Positions 1 through 12,450 of a stretch of DNA of 64,000 bases are shown piece by piece. The stretch covers positions 81,408,001-81,472,000 of the forward strand of contig CM059432.1 in assembly GCA_030390025.1 (NCBI GenBank), given 5' to 3'. Each line of letters opens with the position of its first letter. Positions within the stretch are counted from its first letter, which is position 1. The translations under genes and the position numbers were made by a program. The DNA is from Squalus acanthias. Its lineage: Eukaryota. A model generated the notes under the pieces. That model was not told the origin of the DNA and made no database searches. It saw only the letters and a program-made list of their open reading frames with translations.

Positions 1-2188
1 AAAGAAAAGACAGTCATCCGTGGCTAAGTAAAGAAATTAAGGATAGTATTCGACTAAAAACAAGGGCTTATAAGGTAGCCAAATCTAGTGGGAGGATAGA
101 GGATTGGGAAAACTTTAAAAGACAGCAAAAAATAACAAAAAGATTGATTAAGAAAGGGAAGATAGATTATGAAAGTAAATTAGCAAAAAATATAAAAACA
201 GATAGTAAGAGTTTTTATAGTTATATAAAAAGAAAAAGGGTGGCTAAAGTAAATGTTGGTCCCTTAGAGGATGAGACCGGGAAATTAATGGTGGGAAATA
301 TGGAGATGGCAAATACACTGAATGCATATTTTGTATCAGTCTTTACAGTAGAGGACACTATAATATCCCAACACTGAAACAAACAGGGGGCTATAGGGGG
401 GAGGAGCTAAACACAATCAAAATCACTAAGCAAGTGGTACTCGGTAAAATAATGGGACTCAAGGCGGATAAATCACCTGGACCTGATGGCTTACATCCTA
501 GGGTCTTGAGGGAAGTGGCGGTAGGGATTGTGGATGCATTGGTAATAATTTTCCAAAACTCCCTGGACTCAGCAAAGATCTCGGCAGACTGGGAAACTGC
601 TAATGTAACACCCTTATTTAAAAAGGGCAGTAGACAGAAGGCTGGAAACTATAGACTGGTTAGCCTAACATCTGTGGTAGGTAAAATTTTGGAGTCCATT
701 ATTAAGGAGACAGTAATGGGACATTTGGATAATCATAATTTAATAGGACAAAGTCAGCATGGTTTTATGAAGGGGAAGTCATGTTTGACAAATTTGCTGG
801 AGTTCTTTGAGGAAGTAACATACAGGGTGGATAAAGGGGAACCAGTGGATGTGGTGTATTTAGACTTCCAAAAGGCATTTGACAAGGTGCCACACAAAAG
901 ATTATTGCTTAAGATAAAAAATCACGGGATTGGGGGTAATATTCTGGCATGGATAGAGGATTGGCTATCTAACAGAAGGCAGAGAGTTGGGATAAATGGT
1001 TCATTCTCAGACTGGCAATCAGTAACTAGTGGTGTTCCGCAGGGGTCAGTGCTGGGTCCCCAACTCTTTACAATCTATATTAACGATTTGGAGGAGGGGA
1101 CCGAGTGTAACATATCAAAGTTTGCAGATGATACTAAGATGGGAGGGAAAGTAGTGAGTGAGGAGGACATAAAAAATCTGCAAGGGGACATAGACAGGCT
1201 AAGTAAGTGGGCAGAGATTTGGCAGATGGAATACAATACTGGAAAGTGTGAGGTTATGCACTTTGGCAGGAAAAATAGTAGAGCAAGTTATTATCTTAAT
1301 GGCAAGAAACTGGAAAGTACTGAAGTACAAAGGGATCTGGGGGTCCTGGTGCACGAAACTCAAAAGGTTAGTATGCAGGTGCAGCAAGTGATTAAGAAGG
1401 CCAATGGAATGTTGGCTTTCATTGCTAGGGGGATAGAATATAAAAATAGGGAGGTATTGCTTCAGTTGTACAAGGTATTGGTGAGACCGCACCTGGAATA
1501 CTGCATACAGTTTTGGTGTCCATACTTAAGAAAAGACATACTTGCTCTCGAGTCAGTACAAAGAAGGTTCACTCGGTTAATCCCGGGGATGAGGGGATGG
1601 ACATATGAGGAGAGGTTGGGTAGATTGGGACTCTACTCATTGGAGTTCAGAAGAATGAGAGGCGATCTTATTGAAACATATAAGATTGTGAAGGGGTTGG
1701 ATCGGGTGGATGCGGGGAGGATGTTCCCGATGATGGGTGAAACTAGAACTAGGGGGCATAGTCTTAGAATAAGGGGCTGCTCTTTCAAAACTGAGATGAG
1801 GAGGAACTACTTCACTCAGAGGGTGGTAGGTCCATGGAATATGCTGCCCCAAAAAGCTGTAGAAGCTACATCATTACATAAATTTAAAACAGAAATAGAC
1901 AGTTTCCTAGAAGTAAAGGGAATTAAGGGTTACGGGAAGCGGGCAGGAATTTGGACATGAGTCTAGGTTCGGATCGGTCATGGCCCTGTGGGTAGCGTAG
2001 CGGGCCCAGGGGCCGTGTAGCCTGATCCTGCTCCTATTTCGTGTGTCCAATTCTGTTAGATTCAGGAGATGGTTCTGTGATAGTAGATTGGCGGTTAGGA
2101 TCAGATCAGCCATGATCTTATTGAATGGCGGAGCAGGCTCGAGGGGCCAATTGGCCTACTCCTGCTCCTATTTCTTATGTTCTTATAA
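1..2188 (+). mobile_element. CR1-clade (HER1-like) LINE, 5' end outside the window, inserted in a Harbinger transposase
   Basis: ORFs 144-377 and 434-1960 carry CR1 ORF2 motifs ([39 protein letters not shown]). The 3' UTR ends in (TTCTTATG)n near 2188. Confidence 0.95.
434..1960 (+). CDS. CR1 ORF2 reverse transcriptase domain (partial, 508 aa open)
   Basis: Uninterrupted frame with [20 protein letters not shown] and FADD motifs. The frame is disrupted upstream near 375-430. Confidence 0.85.
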   Translation: MVLGKIMGLKADKSPGPDGLHPRVLREVAVGIVDALVIIFQNSLDSAKISADWETANVTPLFKKGSRQKAGNYRLVSLTSVVGKILESIIKETVMGHLDNHNLIGQSQHGFMKGKSCLTNLLEFFEEVTYRVDKGEPVDVVYLDFQKAFDKVPHKRLLLKIKNHGIGGNILAWIEDWLSNRRQRVGINGSFSDWQSVTSGVPQGSVLGPQLFTIYINDLEEGTECNISKFADDTKMGGKVVSEEDIKNLQGDIDRLSKWAEIWQMEYNTGKCEVMHFGRKNSRASYYLNGKKLESTEVQRDLGVLVHETQKVSMQVQQVIKKANGMLAFIARGIEYKNREVLLQLYKVLVRPHLEYCIQFWCPYLRKDILALESVQRRFTRLIPGMRGWTYEERLGRLGLYSLEFRRMRGDLIETYKIVKGLDRVDAGRMFPMMGETRTRGHSLRIRGCSFKTEMRRNYFTQRVVGPWNMLPQKAVEATSLHKFKTEIDSFLEVKGIKGYGKRAGIWT

Positions 2189-2189
2189 C

Positions 2190-2483
2190 ATGGCTCTCCC
2201 AGTAGTCCTCAAGGTCACCGTGGCCCTAAATTTCTTTGCCAGTGGATCCTTACAGTCTGCAGCAGGAGACATAGCTAAAATCTCCCAGTTCACCGTCCAT
2301 CACTGCATCTGGAAGGTCACAGAGGCTCTCCACTCCAGGAGAAAGGACTTCATTGTCTTCTCTCTGAACAGAGAGAAGTGGGAGGAGTGGGCATGTGGCT
2401 TTGCCAGGATAGCGGGCTTCGCCATGGTGCAGGATGCCAGAGACTGTATCCACGTGGCTTTGCGGGCACCGCATACCAATCTG
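2190..2483 (+). pseudogene. Harbinger (HARBI1-like) transposase fragment
   Basis: LKVTVALNFFASGSLQSAAGDIAKISQFTVHHCI...FARIAGFAMVQDARDCIHVALRAP is collinear with 15400-15663 and is truncated at ~2485. Confidence 0.85.
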
Positions 2484-2484
2484 G

Positions 2485-3796
2485 GTCGACAAGGTTTCTC
2501 CTTGAGTTGTCCATCATTTCCATCCTGGAAATCGTGGGCTCCAAGCTCTGCGCAAAGCCCTGTCCAATGTTGGAGCCGGACTCCTCCATGCTCCTTGACA
2601 ATAACAAGAGGCTCTCTGGCAGGCTTGCCATTGCACCTAGCATTTCGGTATGCATGGCCATCACCCTTCTTCTGAAGGCCGCCCCATCGAGCTCATCACC
2701 TGGGTGCTGTGTAGCACAACTCGTGTGTGAACTCGCCCTCCGGGGAGCTCGTCCCCGAGCTACCCATTTCCCCTTGGCCTTGCTGCAGCCCACTCATGCC
2801 TGGTGCCTCACCATGTGCAGACCTTGCCTCTATACTACCCTTTACATTCCACGCAGTGCCAGTTTCTGAGCTGGTGTCTGCAAGTGTCAGATGCAGTGAA
2901 GGTGTGTGGTCTTCTTCTTCTTCAGTCTCCGTCACAGCATGAGGGACAGGCTGGCCTGCTGGCAGTTCTTGGGTATCTGAAAGCAGAAAGGCACATGGGT
3001 CGAGTTGTGATGAGGGGAAGGGGGGAAAGTAAGATATCCATGCATACACCATCAGCAGCTTGTAAGTGAGAAGAGATTGTGGGATGTGAGAAGGATTAGG
3101 TATGACCATAACGTTATTGTCAGCAAGGGCTTCAACTTCTCCCGTTGCCATGGCCTCATCACTGCCCCTCCAATGATGTCGAGCACAAACCCCACCAGTT
3201 GGCTGCGGGTCTGTACAGCGGCTTGGCTGCCTCCCCACTGCTGTTGGTCCCGCTGGTTATGAGCCACCTTTGCCTGCAAGAGAAAGGGAAGTGTGTCAGT
3301 GAGTGTGGTGCAATGTGTTTGGATGATGTGCCTGCCTTAGTTGTATAGCTGTCAGTGTGTGCAAGGTGTGAGATGTGGTGTGAGTGCTGCAGCAGTGGTA
3401 AGGTTGTGAGGGTGAAGTGAAGCCATGATTGTGAGGTATGAGTGGTGATAGCTAGAGATTGTTGGTAGGTGAGTGATGGGGTGTGGTGCATTGAGCAGTG
3501 TGTGAGGCTTGTGGTGCAGATGCTGGGATATGGCATTTGCTGAAGCCTTCACTCACCTTGATCTGCCATGTGAGGTCATTAAGCTTTTTTCAGCATCGGA
3601 TCCATTTATTTGTCACGACACTGGTGGCCGTGACATAGGTAGTTATCTTCTGCCAGAGCCTTCTACTGGTAGCCTTGGATGGCTTCATGCCATCCTGCAG
3701 GAACAGTACATCCCGCCTTCTTTGAACTGTGACTAACAAGGCCTCGAGTGCAGCACCCGAAAACTTTCTTGCTCTCCCTCTGGGTTGTTCTGCCAT
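2485..3796 (-). pseudogene. Harbinger Myb/SANT-like DNA-binding gene, 3 exons (3796-3557, 3273-~3112, 2976-~2485)
   Basis: Exon 1 RARKFSGAALEALL...RRLWQKI...KWIRC* has an in-frame stop and a CAAG|GTGAGT donor. Exon 2 AKVAHNQR follows TTGCAG; exon 3 follows TTTCAG. Confidence 0.8.
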
Positions 3797-4398
3797 GGTT
3801 TCCTCTCAACTGACAATGAGGTGCTGCTGCAACAAAGCACTTCCCTTTTATGTAGTGCAGAGAGCCAAGGCCAAACGTTACTCAAGCATAAAATAACAAA
3901 GTGCAAACAACCTTTCCTACCTGCAGAAAAATGCCAGGTCCCTGAAATGATGCGGGTGTTCTCCAGGTCTCCCGCTCTAACTTTGGCAGGAGACTGGTGA
4001 AACCTCCAGGTGAATGGTGCAAACGGTTGAAATAGACCCCTGTGAATGTCAAGTGAGGACAGAACTGAGCTCAGCTGTGATACCTTCCATGGTCAAATTG
4101 CCTGCTGGCATTCCAGCCCTAACATTCCGTGATCATTTTCACTGTTTTATTCCATTTCTTTGGGGGTTCCACCAGTCCCCCACCTGAGCCACAGTTGAAC
4201 CCCCATGGAATTTCAGAGCCTCACTGTCTAGGTTCATATATGGGTGAAGTACCAAAGAGTGGCTGGCATGCAAGGACTTGTACTCCAACAAAAATCAGTT
4301 CCCTTCTGCAGAGGAGGAGAAGAAAAAGTATTAAAATATTCAAACAAAGCTCACAAAATTGAATTGTAAAATGTATTCCCTATTTTCTGTATATACAG

Positions 4399-4519
4399 CG
4401 CCAACCATTCTGGGAATCCTGTGTGTTGTCGAGCCAAACTGGAGGGTCTTTGAATCAGAAACAGCCAAAGGATTTCTTGGCCTCAATGGAACTGTTAGCA
4501 GTGGAGAAGCATCTCATTG
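4399..4519 (+). CDS. Internal exon of unidentified host gene (RQPFWESCVLSSQTGGSLNQKQPKDFLASMELLAVEKHLI)
   Basis: TTTTCTGTATATACAG acceptor and TTG|GTACGT donor. 121 nt, phase 0 to 1, stop-free, in frame with exon 9847-10328. Confidence 0.7.
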
Positions 4520-4683
4520 GTACGTATGAATTTCTCCTCTAATTAGTTCTTTTAATAGGATACGCTGGTGAGATTCTATTAATCTCCACCTGTGTACTTT
4601 AATAATTCTGAAAAATTTACATGATAAATTCTGGATAATTATGCAAAAACAGAAGCAGGATTATTACCATTTGTAAAAATATT

Positions 4684-5200
4684 GGCCGTGAGAATCCTTG
4701 GGCCCACTCCAACGTCAGTGAGGTGGCAGGTGCTGCTGACCCTGCCAAGATCTGGTTGGGGTCAGTACATTAACATGTATTGGGATGGCACGCACCCCAG
4801 CGTGCTGGGCTCCCACTACAGAGCAGGTGGGAAACGTGGCACCAGCTGGCCACTTTGGGAGCTGCTGGTGGTCCCCCCCAGAAAGCATAGACCGCATCAC
4901 TGATTGCTCCCCTTTCTAAGAGGGCTGACTAAACCTTTCCAATGTTTCATTTCAACCCCGTCAAGCCCTACTTCCCACTTCCCCCCCCCTGCCCCCGCCT
5001 CCGCCCCCCCCCCCCCCCAACCTTGGCTGACATGCACGTTGGATTCATCCCAAGTCACTGGCCGATAGGGAAGTAACGGCTGAGGAAATTCATGGCATGT
5101 AAAATCCTTTTCCTGAGCCCCACTTCCTCTGCCATCAGGGGCCATGTTCAGGGTGGGTGGAGGTTCCATTTACCCCAGGCCCTGCACAAATTGGAAGGCA
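4684..5200. mobile_element. Degenerate GC-rich non-autonomous DNA element (Harbinger-MITE-like)
   Basis: GC-rich block with a poly-C tract in AT-rich flanks. The ends only loosely resemble other GG..GA(A/T)TT termini. Confidence 0.3.
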
Positions 5201-5828
5201 ACAGTCTTCTGGGTGGAGAATTTGTACATTTCCACGGCCTGCTGAAATTTTGGATGGAAAATCAAATGTGCACTGTTACGTGCATGAAATTCCACCCGGC
5301 CAAATTTCCTCCGTGTGCGAAACATAGGCAATCCTTTACGTCCAATTGAAGTAAGAAGAAAATCTGCTCCATTGTGTTTTGTACTGTTTTAGTTTGATAA
5401 ACAGTAAATGCTTCCATTGAAGTTTCTTTCCATTGTGGTACTAATCCTACTGGTATAATGGAAGGTTGAAATAAAAATACAGGACTATTGATGTAAGTAA
5501 TATGTTGCACTGCCAAAAGCACTGAATACCACTACGCAATATTAAAACTTAATCAAAATTTCAATTACTGATAGCACCAATTTAATCATGGTATTTTATT
5601 TGTATGCAGAAGTAATTTCTTATACTTGTCAAAAGCTTTTAGTGATCCTGACTTTCTAATAACTTTGTTTATTTTTTTCATCTTTTTCTCATAAATTTCC
5701 TCCCCTTCCTTCTTGAAGGCATTGACTGCATGCTGGAAATATTGTCTACAAGTGTTGAGCAGCCTCTAATCCCTCACCCAAGTGGTCATTGCATATTTAT
5801 ATCTTAGAATTGGCACCTTGTTCTCCAA

Positions 5829-8501
5829 GGGGGCATGGATGTATAACAGGGGGTTACTGTGTAATGGTCAATAGTAGGAATGGCGTAGGCATGACTCACC
5901 TCCTTATGTCTCATGCCCTCTGTGTCATTCCCTAGATGACAGGAAAATTGACTTATTCACATGGAACTTCTGGAAACAGTAATGCAAATGTTAACTGCAG
6001 ACCACTGTGAGAACTCATATTGCCTGCCACAATGGGATCTTCTAGCCTTGAAGAAGAGGTGTTTAAATGGAGCCTGGTCCTGCAAGTGTGATAGCAAAGG
6101 TATACATACAGACATATGGGTGATGAGAAGAATGTTTGCCAGTCATAGTCCTTTAACTCTGACATTGCAAAGAAAAAGGTAGCGCATAACAATAGAACTG
6201 CTACTGGAGGAGGAACACCAACCTTGAAAACTTTACGCCTGCATGAGGAGGAAGCTTTGCTGCTTGTAGGAACACAAACAGGAGAGGCTGTAAGAGGTGG
6301 TGAAGTAGATGACAAGGTGCCAAGATCAGGTTATTCCAAGTAGGGCAAGGGGGAGCACAAGCCTTTTCAGCTTTATGTGGATTGTCAAAGTATATTAGTT
6401 ACCAAGCACTAAGCCACTATTTGTTCCAGGAGTCATGTAAATGTTTGCACAGCTATACAAACTTCTGTGTTTTTGAAATCTAGGGGATGACATAGAGAAA
6501 GAGGCCAGTGCTCAGATGAACATCCAGGCTCATGAAGATCCATAAATCTTCCCCTATCCTCCCCAATTCTATCATGGCATCTTGCCTGTTTCAGCACAAG
6601 CCCAGCTACACCTGCTCAGAGGGAAATAGTTAGTGAGTCAGAAGGGTTATCACTATGTGAAACACCAAGCAGTAGAGAGCATGAGGATCTTGGAGCATAA
6701 AAGGGGAGAGAGTGCTGTTCCTGAGAGCTGGGGAGAAATTACCACCCTCAACTGCAGAGCCTTTTCACCTAAATCTCTGGCCAAGTCTTCAAAAGAACAA
6801 TGATTCAGGAGCATACATCTCACGTGGAGTCACTGGAGACAAATTCCTTGCGTATGGTTGAGATGATTAGGAAGAGTCCACTGAAATACACTGCAGGAAG
6901 TTTCTCATGCCAAGCAAAACACCCTGGAGAGTGACAAGAGATTTCTGCAGAAACAAGGTACCACTCGGAGTTTCTAATGACATTGGTGGTTTCTGGAGTG
7001 GCAGCTACCACTGATCCAGTAGATTCTGTGAAGGTCAGCCTGAAAGCAACACTTTCACAGGGCTTGATTGGCACTATTCGGTCTGTAATGACACCAACCA
7101 GTCGTGCATCTGAGCCTGTGCCAGCCACCAGTGGGTTGCAAAGAGTGGCAACATATATATTGCTCTCTCCAATCATAGTGACAATGCACCAACTTCTCTA
7201 AGGCCCCTCCAATGCCAGAACCTGAGAGAGCTTCAGATCTGGGCCTGGCTCCCCTTGACAGTGCAAGAGAATGCTAATCAGAAGCTGGTCCCTGAGGGAC
7301 AGCGGCTTCACTGAGATGAGAGTCACCTCCGTAAAGATTGTTTGACCGCATAGGCGTCAGAGATCAATTTTGTAGATGTTCATTATTTTTATTCGTTCTC
7401 GGAATATGGGCGTTGCTGGCAAAGCACACCAAGTGCCACTGGATTCCACATGCGGCATGTAGCGGACTATACCCATGGTCTTTCACAGAGTGAAGACTTT
7501 AAGGATTAATCAAGATTAATTCAGCATAATATAGTATACTATGTCGGTTAGTGCTGCCTGAGTTTAATAACACTGCAATTATACAATGAAAATACTTAAT
7601 CAGACAATCAATTGTAGCACTATGAGACCACATGGAGCACAGCACCATCTCAGGAAATTACTAGGAACCCACTAACTACTGACATTAATATCACTACTGA
7701 GATTAACTACTGAGAATAATGGAATAGTAGAGGGAAATGTTTTAGTGGGGCGAGGGTATCAAAGGCGAAGGTGTTGCTGTGTTGGCTGCTGTTGATGCCC
7801 GCTTTCTTAATGCCCTTTGATGAAGCATATTGTTTTCTATCGCAGGATGCCTTGTCTAACCTCGGAGGTTTGGTGTACTCAATTCATCTTGGCTGATGGA
7901 CCACACCATAGGTCTTGGAGCATTGGAATAACTTCTATGTTTTGCGGGACTAGTTAGTTTACAGTGGTGCTGGAAGAGCAAGTTGTAAATCCTTGGTCTG
8001 GCGATGAGTGCCATTCTGGAGTACTCTGTCATCCTGTAGAGCTTTGCCTCCTCAGGGTGTGGGGTCAGCTTCAGTTGGCATGTCACCTTGGGATAGCTTG
8101 ATGGAGTTTGGGAGTTTGCAGCTCTGGTTGAACTTTGGGTGTCAGTTTGAGGAGCTGGGTCACTCATTCCTGGACAAGGGGCAGCAAAGACAACTGACCA
8201 GATTTTAGAGTTTGCACAGCCTTTGATGGCTTGACAATTTGGGTGCCATGCCTGCTGGAGGTGTTGGTTTGGGGTTCTGGGCCTGTCAGTGCAGCATCAC
8301 TGATGTCAGTTGGGGCAAAATATCAACTCCAGTCAGAATTGAGGAATTGTGTCTCTGCCAAATGCTAAAATTGGGGGATTTCTCTGATGGTGTTGGTAAA
8401 GCGGCAGGGTTCATACCTGGCCACGCAATCCTGTCAGCAGCTGGCCGTATCCTCTGGGGCAGGGGATAATTCACTGAAAATTCCAGTGAAAAACCTGTCC
8501 C
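5829..8501. mobile_element. Old decayed Harbinger element with Myb-gene exon 2/3 remnants on +
   Basis: 6170-6330 reads KKVAHNNRTATGGGTPTL...EEEALLLVG...GEVD, homologous to Myb exon 2 of the other copies. Candidate right end AAAACCTGTCCC|TAA; boundaries approximate. Confidence 0.55.
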
Positions 8502-9846
8502 TAATTGTGTCTGTTGAAATGCTCTTTACCTAATAAATTGGAGAATTTCAAGGGTTCCACACAGGAATTCAAGGATTCTTAAGTAATGTTTATTTTATTT
8601 CTTTGGGCAAGCATGGACAAGTGATGTGTGGGCAAGTATTTACTGTACATCGTGCTCATCTCTTCTTCCAGCAGCTTGGGACCTTTCTTAAAATGATTTA
8701 ACCCGGCACACAATTTCCCAATTTCTGAAATTTTATACTTCAAAATTGTACTGATTTTGAAGAGAACCAAATCTACCCTGAGGTAAAATGTCCGAGTTCA
8801 TAGATGTGTATTAATTCTTTTTTATTAACTGTGGCTGTAGGCCCTTTCTTCAGCTGTTGTAATCTAGAGGCAACGTTGCCAACTAATAAATCAGCGAAAG
8901 GAAATGCAGTGCACATGAAATGATTAATGTACCTCAGGCATGTGCTATTCAATCAAATGACTCATTCTGTAGTTTGAGAAGCACAGTTGCACATGGCACT
9001 CTGACAATGAATGTGGATGTCCTATCTCACACTAGCACTGCACTCCATCCGGCATCAAGTTCTCTGTTAAACAGGGAATTCCAGTATTGGTAGCCCTTTT
9101 CAAATGGGGCAAATCATAATTAACTTTAATGTTCTTTTGATTTTTTTTTCCTTTTACGTATTTTGGTGTAAACAGTAAATACTGACAAACATTATCAGGG
9201 CAGATACATTCATTAATCCAGTTATTTCAGTGATATGTTTTTAATTTGATTGAATAGTACATGCCAAGAAGTTTTGCTAGGGCTCCATACTCACTTGATA
9301 GGAAAAAAAGGAAGTGACAGTTCTTTTCAGTGATTTGGAAATGGAGCTTGAAGTGACCGGCAATGTTGCCACCTCACATGGCCAGATAACCCTATTTTTC
9401 AATCAACATACATTGATAACTATCCCTTGTCCATGCAGGCAGAATAGGTTAATTAAGAGATTGATGGAGGGAACACCTCTTAGTCACCTCTCAATTTCAC
9501 AGATTTTAAAAAGTAACAATAATAGGCAAAAAAAACAGTGGTCTATTAAGAAAATATCTTATGATGCCAGCAGCTCCAAGGGCTTCTGTACTTCCTGGAC
9601 CAGCCATTTTTTTTAAAGAAGCACTAGTGAATCTCCCATGGCATTCCTCAGGGACAATGCTTTTCTAAATGTCTTTTTCTTCCTGTGTCATTCTTTCTGT
9701 CTGTCTCCTTTTCTCTGTTCATCTCCCATTGCAGCCAATTTTAATTAGAAAGGTTTTCATCACATTGTGTTACTCTTGAAATGTTCATTTTACTGTACTG
9801 GTGTCTGGTGCTATGATTAAAGTAAACAAAACTGTTCTTATTGCAG

Positions 9847-10328
9847 AACTTGACAAGGATCTTGCTGCAAAAGCATTAACAATTGAATCTGAAATGCAAA
9901 GGAGTTCCAATATCCAAAGTAGATTAAGCATGTCAAGTTACCATGGCAGTCTGTCGCAGACATTGCTGGGCCAAAATTCTAGACCTCAAACACCACCAAG
10001 TCTTATTGGGAAAGAAATTCCACTTCAGATCCAAGGAGGTAAATTACCACAGAGCTCCAGTAACCAAGGCAGTAGGCCAGAGACTCCCAACAGCCAGTAC
10101 AACAGGCCTCGAACATCATCAGCTCAAGGAAGTAGGCCTGCAACACCTAACAGTCAATTATTTCGAAGTGCAATTTCTAACAACCCTGGGAGTAAAGAAG
10201 ACAACTTCAGCAATCCAAAGAATAGATTGGTAACGCCTGCCAGTCAAGTTGGGAGACCCCTTAGTTCTCCAGCTAACCAGGCTGGAGTAAATGCTGAGAA
10301 TCTTTCACAAAGGAGCCATTTGTCTGAG
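9847..10328 (+). CDS. Large Ser/Pro/Gln-rich internal exon of the unidentified host gene
   Basis: TTCTTATTGCAG acceptor and GAG|GTGAGA donor. 482 nt open (ELDKDLAAKAL...QRSHLSE) with repeated SRPxTP motifs; not TE-like. Confidence 0.8.
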
Positions 10329-10880
10329 GTGAGAATAAATAGATTCGTACGATAGTTGGTAATAAATGATTAAAAGACTGAAGAAGGAAGCAAAACATAT
10401 TTGGAAATTACATTTTCTGTCTATGCAAATTAACTCATGAGAATGCTGTCAGAAAATAATTTAAGTGTGAGGAAAAGTTGGATAAAGGGTTTAGTGTGTA
10501 GTTTTGATGTGAGCATTGCAACTAAAACATCCTAAATTGATAGTAATGAGGAGAAACATTGCCTTCCTGCAATGTTGCCAAGGAACGCAAGTGGCTCAAG
10601 CATATTCTAAAAATACAATCTGAATATTTACTTTCACATGGGATGTGAAAAATAACAGTATCATTCTTAGAAAATAAAGTGCCATTAAGTTTGATGGCTC
10701 CAACCTTAGTCCTCATTCATCTATTCACCTTCTTGGTATTGTTAGCTCTTACCTCAAATGCAGTGCTCACATCATCACCATAACTCCACTGTCTCTGGGA
10801 AGCTTTTTTCATGCCAAAAGTTTGGATGATTACAAGATCACAAGGTTATCATGAATGAAGAAAGCCATTCAGCCCACCTT

Positions 10881-11309
10881 GTCAGCCGCGACTCAGTAGG
10901 TAGCACTCTCAAGCCCCACTCCAGAGACTTGAGCACATAATCAAGGTTGACACTTCAGTGCAGTACTGAGGGAGTGCTATACTGTTGGAGGTACCGTCTT
11001 TTGGTTGAGACGTTAAAACAATGCACCAGTTGCCTTTTTGAGTGGACATAAATGATCCCATGGCACTTTTCGGAGAAGAGTAGGGGAGTTCTCCCAGTGT
11101 CCTAGCCAGCATATATCCCTCAACCAACATCACTAAAAGATTATCTGGTTATTATCACATTGCTGTTTGTGGGACCTTGCTGTGCACAAATTAGCTGTCG
11201 CGTTCCTACAAGTACTACAAGTCCAAAAAGTACTTAATTGGCTGTAAAGTACTTTGGGATATCCAGATGTCATGAAAGACGCTTTATAAATGCAAGTCTT
11301 TCTTTCTTT
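10881..11309 (+). mobile_element. SacSINE1-like tRNA-derived Deu-SINE
   Basis: A-box-like CTCAGTAGGTAGCAC, central CAGTGCAGTACTGAGGGAGTGC and L2-like tail TATAAATGCAAGTCTTTCTTT. Two more copies in the window. Confidence 0.8.
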
Positions 11310-11607
11310 AGTTCGTCCAACCAGAAAACCCTACAACACCCCCACTGCAGCATCCAATTGTTTCTTACATGTTTCCAAGGTATTCACCTCTATTTCTGTA
11401 TTTGGGAGTAGATTCCGTATGTTGATCATTTTCTTTGTGAAAACAAGCTTCTTAATGTCAATCCTAAATTTGCCTTTTCACAGGTTGAATCTGTGTCTCC
11501 TTGTCCCACTTTAGTTTAAAGTAATTTTCCAGATATACCTTTTCTGTACTGTTATCAATCTTATATACCTTTATAAGATTACCTCCTTTCAAGGCTGAAA
11601 AGGCCAT

Positions 11608-12187
11608 GGGGGAAAAGTTCAGTTGCTTTGCGCCTCCCGTTAGCGGGCGCAAAGCACCTAGCACCCGGGCGCAGCGCCATTAACGCCTCCCGCGAAATTC
11701 AGGGTCAGGGTGCCGTGTTTGCGGCCGGGGCGGCGCAAATTAAAGGGCTGGTGCCGGGCGGCCAGTTTTTTTGGGCCGACTACCAGCACCTGCCCCCCCT
11801 CACCTCCTCCTGCGGGGTGCCGGCCGCGATTGGTCAGCCTGGCACTCCTCTTGACTGCTGGGCTCTTTTGCCGGCACCCCGCTCCCCGGTGGTCCAGCAG
11901 GGACCCGGTGCGCGCTGCGCTAGGTCCCTCCCCTTTAATCAGGGGAGGGAGGCCTGTAGTACCGCGGCGCTACGTGCCGACTTGCGTGGCGCTGCTGCAC
12001 GTAGCGCCGCGATATTCAATGGGAGCGCCCCAAGAGGGAGGGGGAGCGCTTCCAGTAGTGCCCCGCCTCCTGCTTGGGGCGCTACCATTCAATTTTGGGT
12101 GTGGGGGCGCTAAATTTTTTGGGGTGCTAAAAGTAGCGCCCCGGCGAAGTTAGCGCCCCAAAGGGGGCGCGACCCAATCTTTCCCCC
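11608..12187. mobile_element. CpG-rich Harbinger-family MITE
   Basis: Ends GGGGGAAAAGTT / CAATCTTTCCCCC with flanks AT(G)/ATA. The left end matches 25029 and 13057; repeated TAGCGCC/GGCGCTA motifs. Confidence 0.85.
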
Positions 12188-12450
12188 ATAGTTTCTCCAA
12201 TCTTTCTTCACAGCTCAAACCATTGAAACTTGAAATCAACCTCATGACCCTTCTCTACAGGGTCTCCAGCGCTTGAATATCTCCCTGTTATCTCAGTGAC
12301 CAAAACTGAATATTTCAGCGTTCTATTGGTGTTATTGATTGCTGCTTTCTATTAGTTGGACATGCTGAATCCAAGTCACTGCTATAAATTAGATACAGTA
12401 GAAGTTCCAACACTGAACCCTGGAGCACCTCACTTCGTATCTCCCCCACT

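Larger units (their letters stand above)
2189..4040. mobile_element. PIF/Harbinger transposon remnant with internal deletion
   Basis: A + strand transposase fragment abuts a convergent - strand Myb/SANT gene. Candidate right terminus GAAATAGACCCC ends at 4040. Confidence 0.8.

Noticed and set aside
2043..2675. 210-aa ORF as a novel gene
   Set aside because: A chance fusion of CR1 3' UTR, transposase fragment and antisense Myb exon.
8670..8782. Exon between TCTTCTTCCAG and GAG|GTAAAA
   Set aside because: Stop codons occur in all three phases.
11608..12187. Host CpG-island promoter or GC-rich ORFs
   Set aside because: Bounded by TIRs and homologous to other MITE copies in the window.
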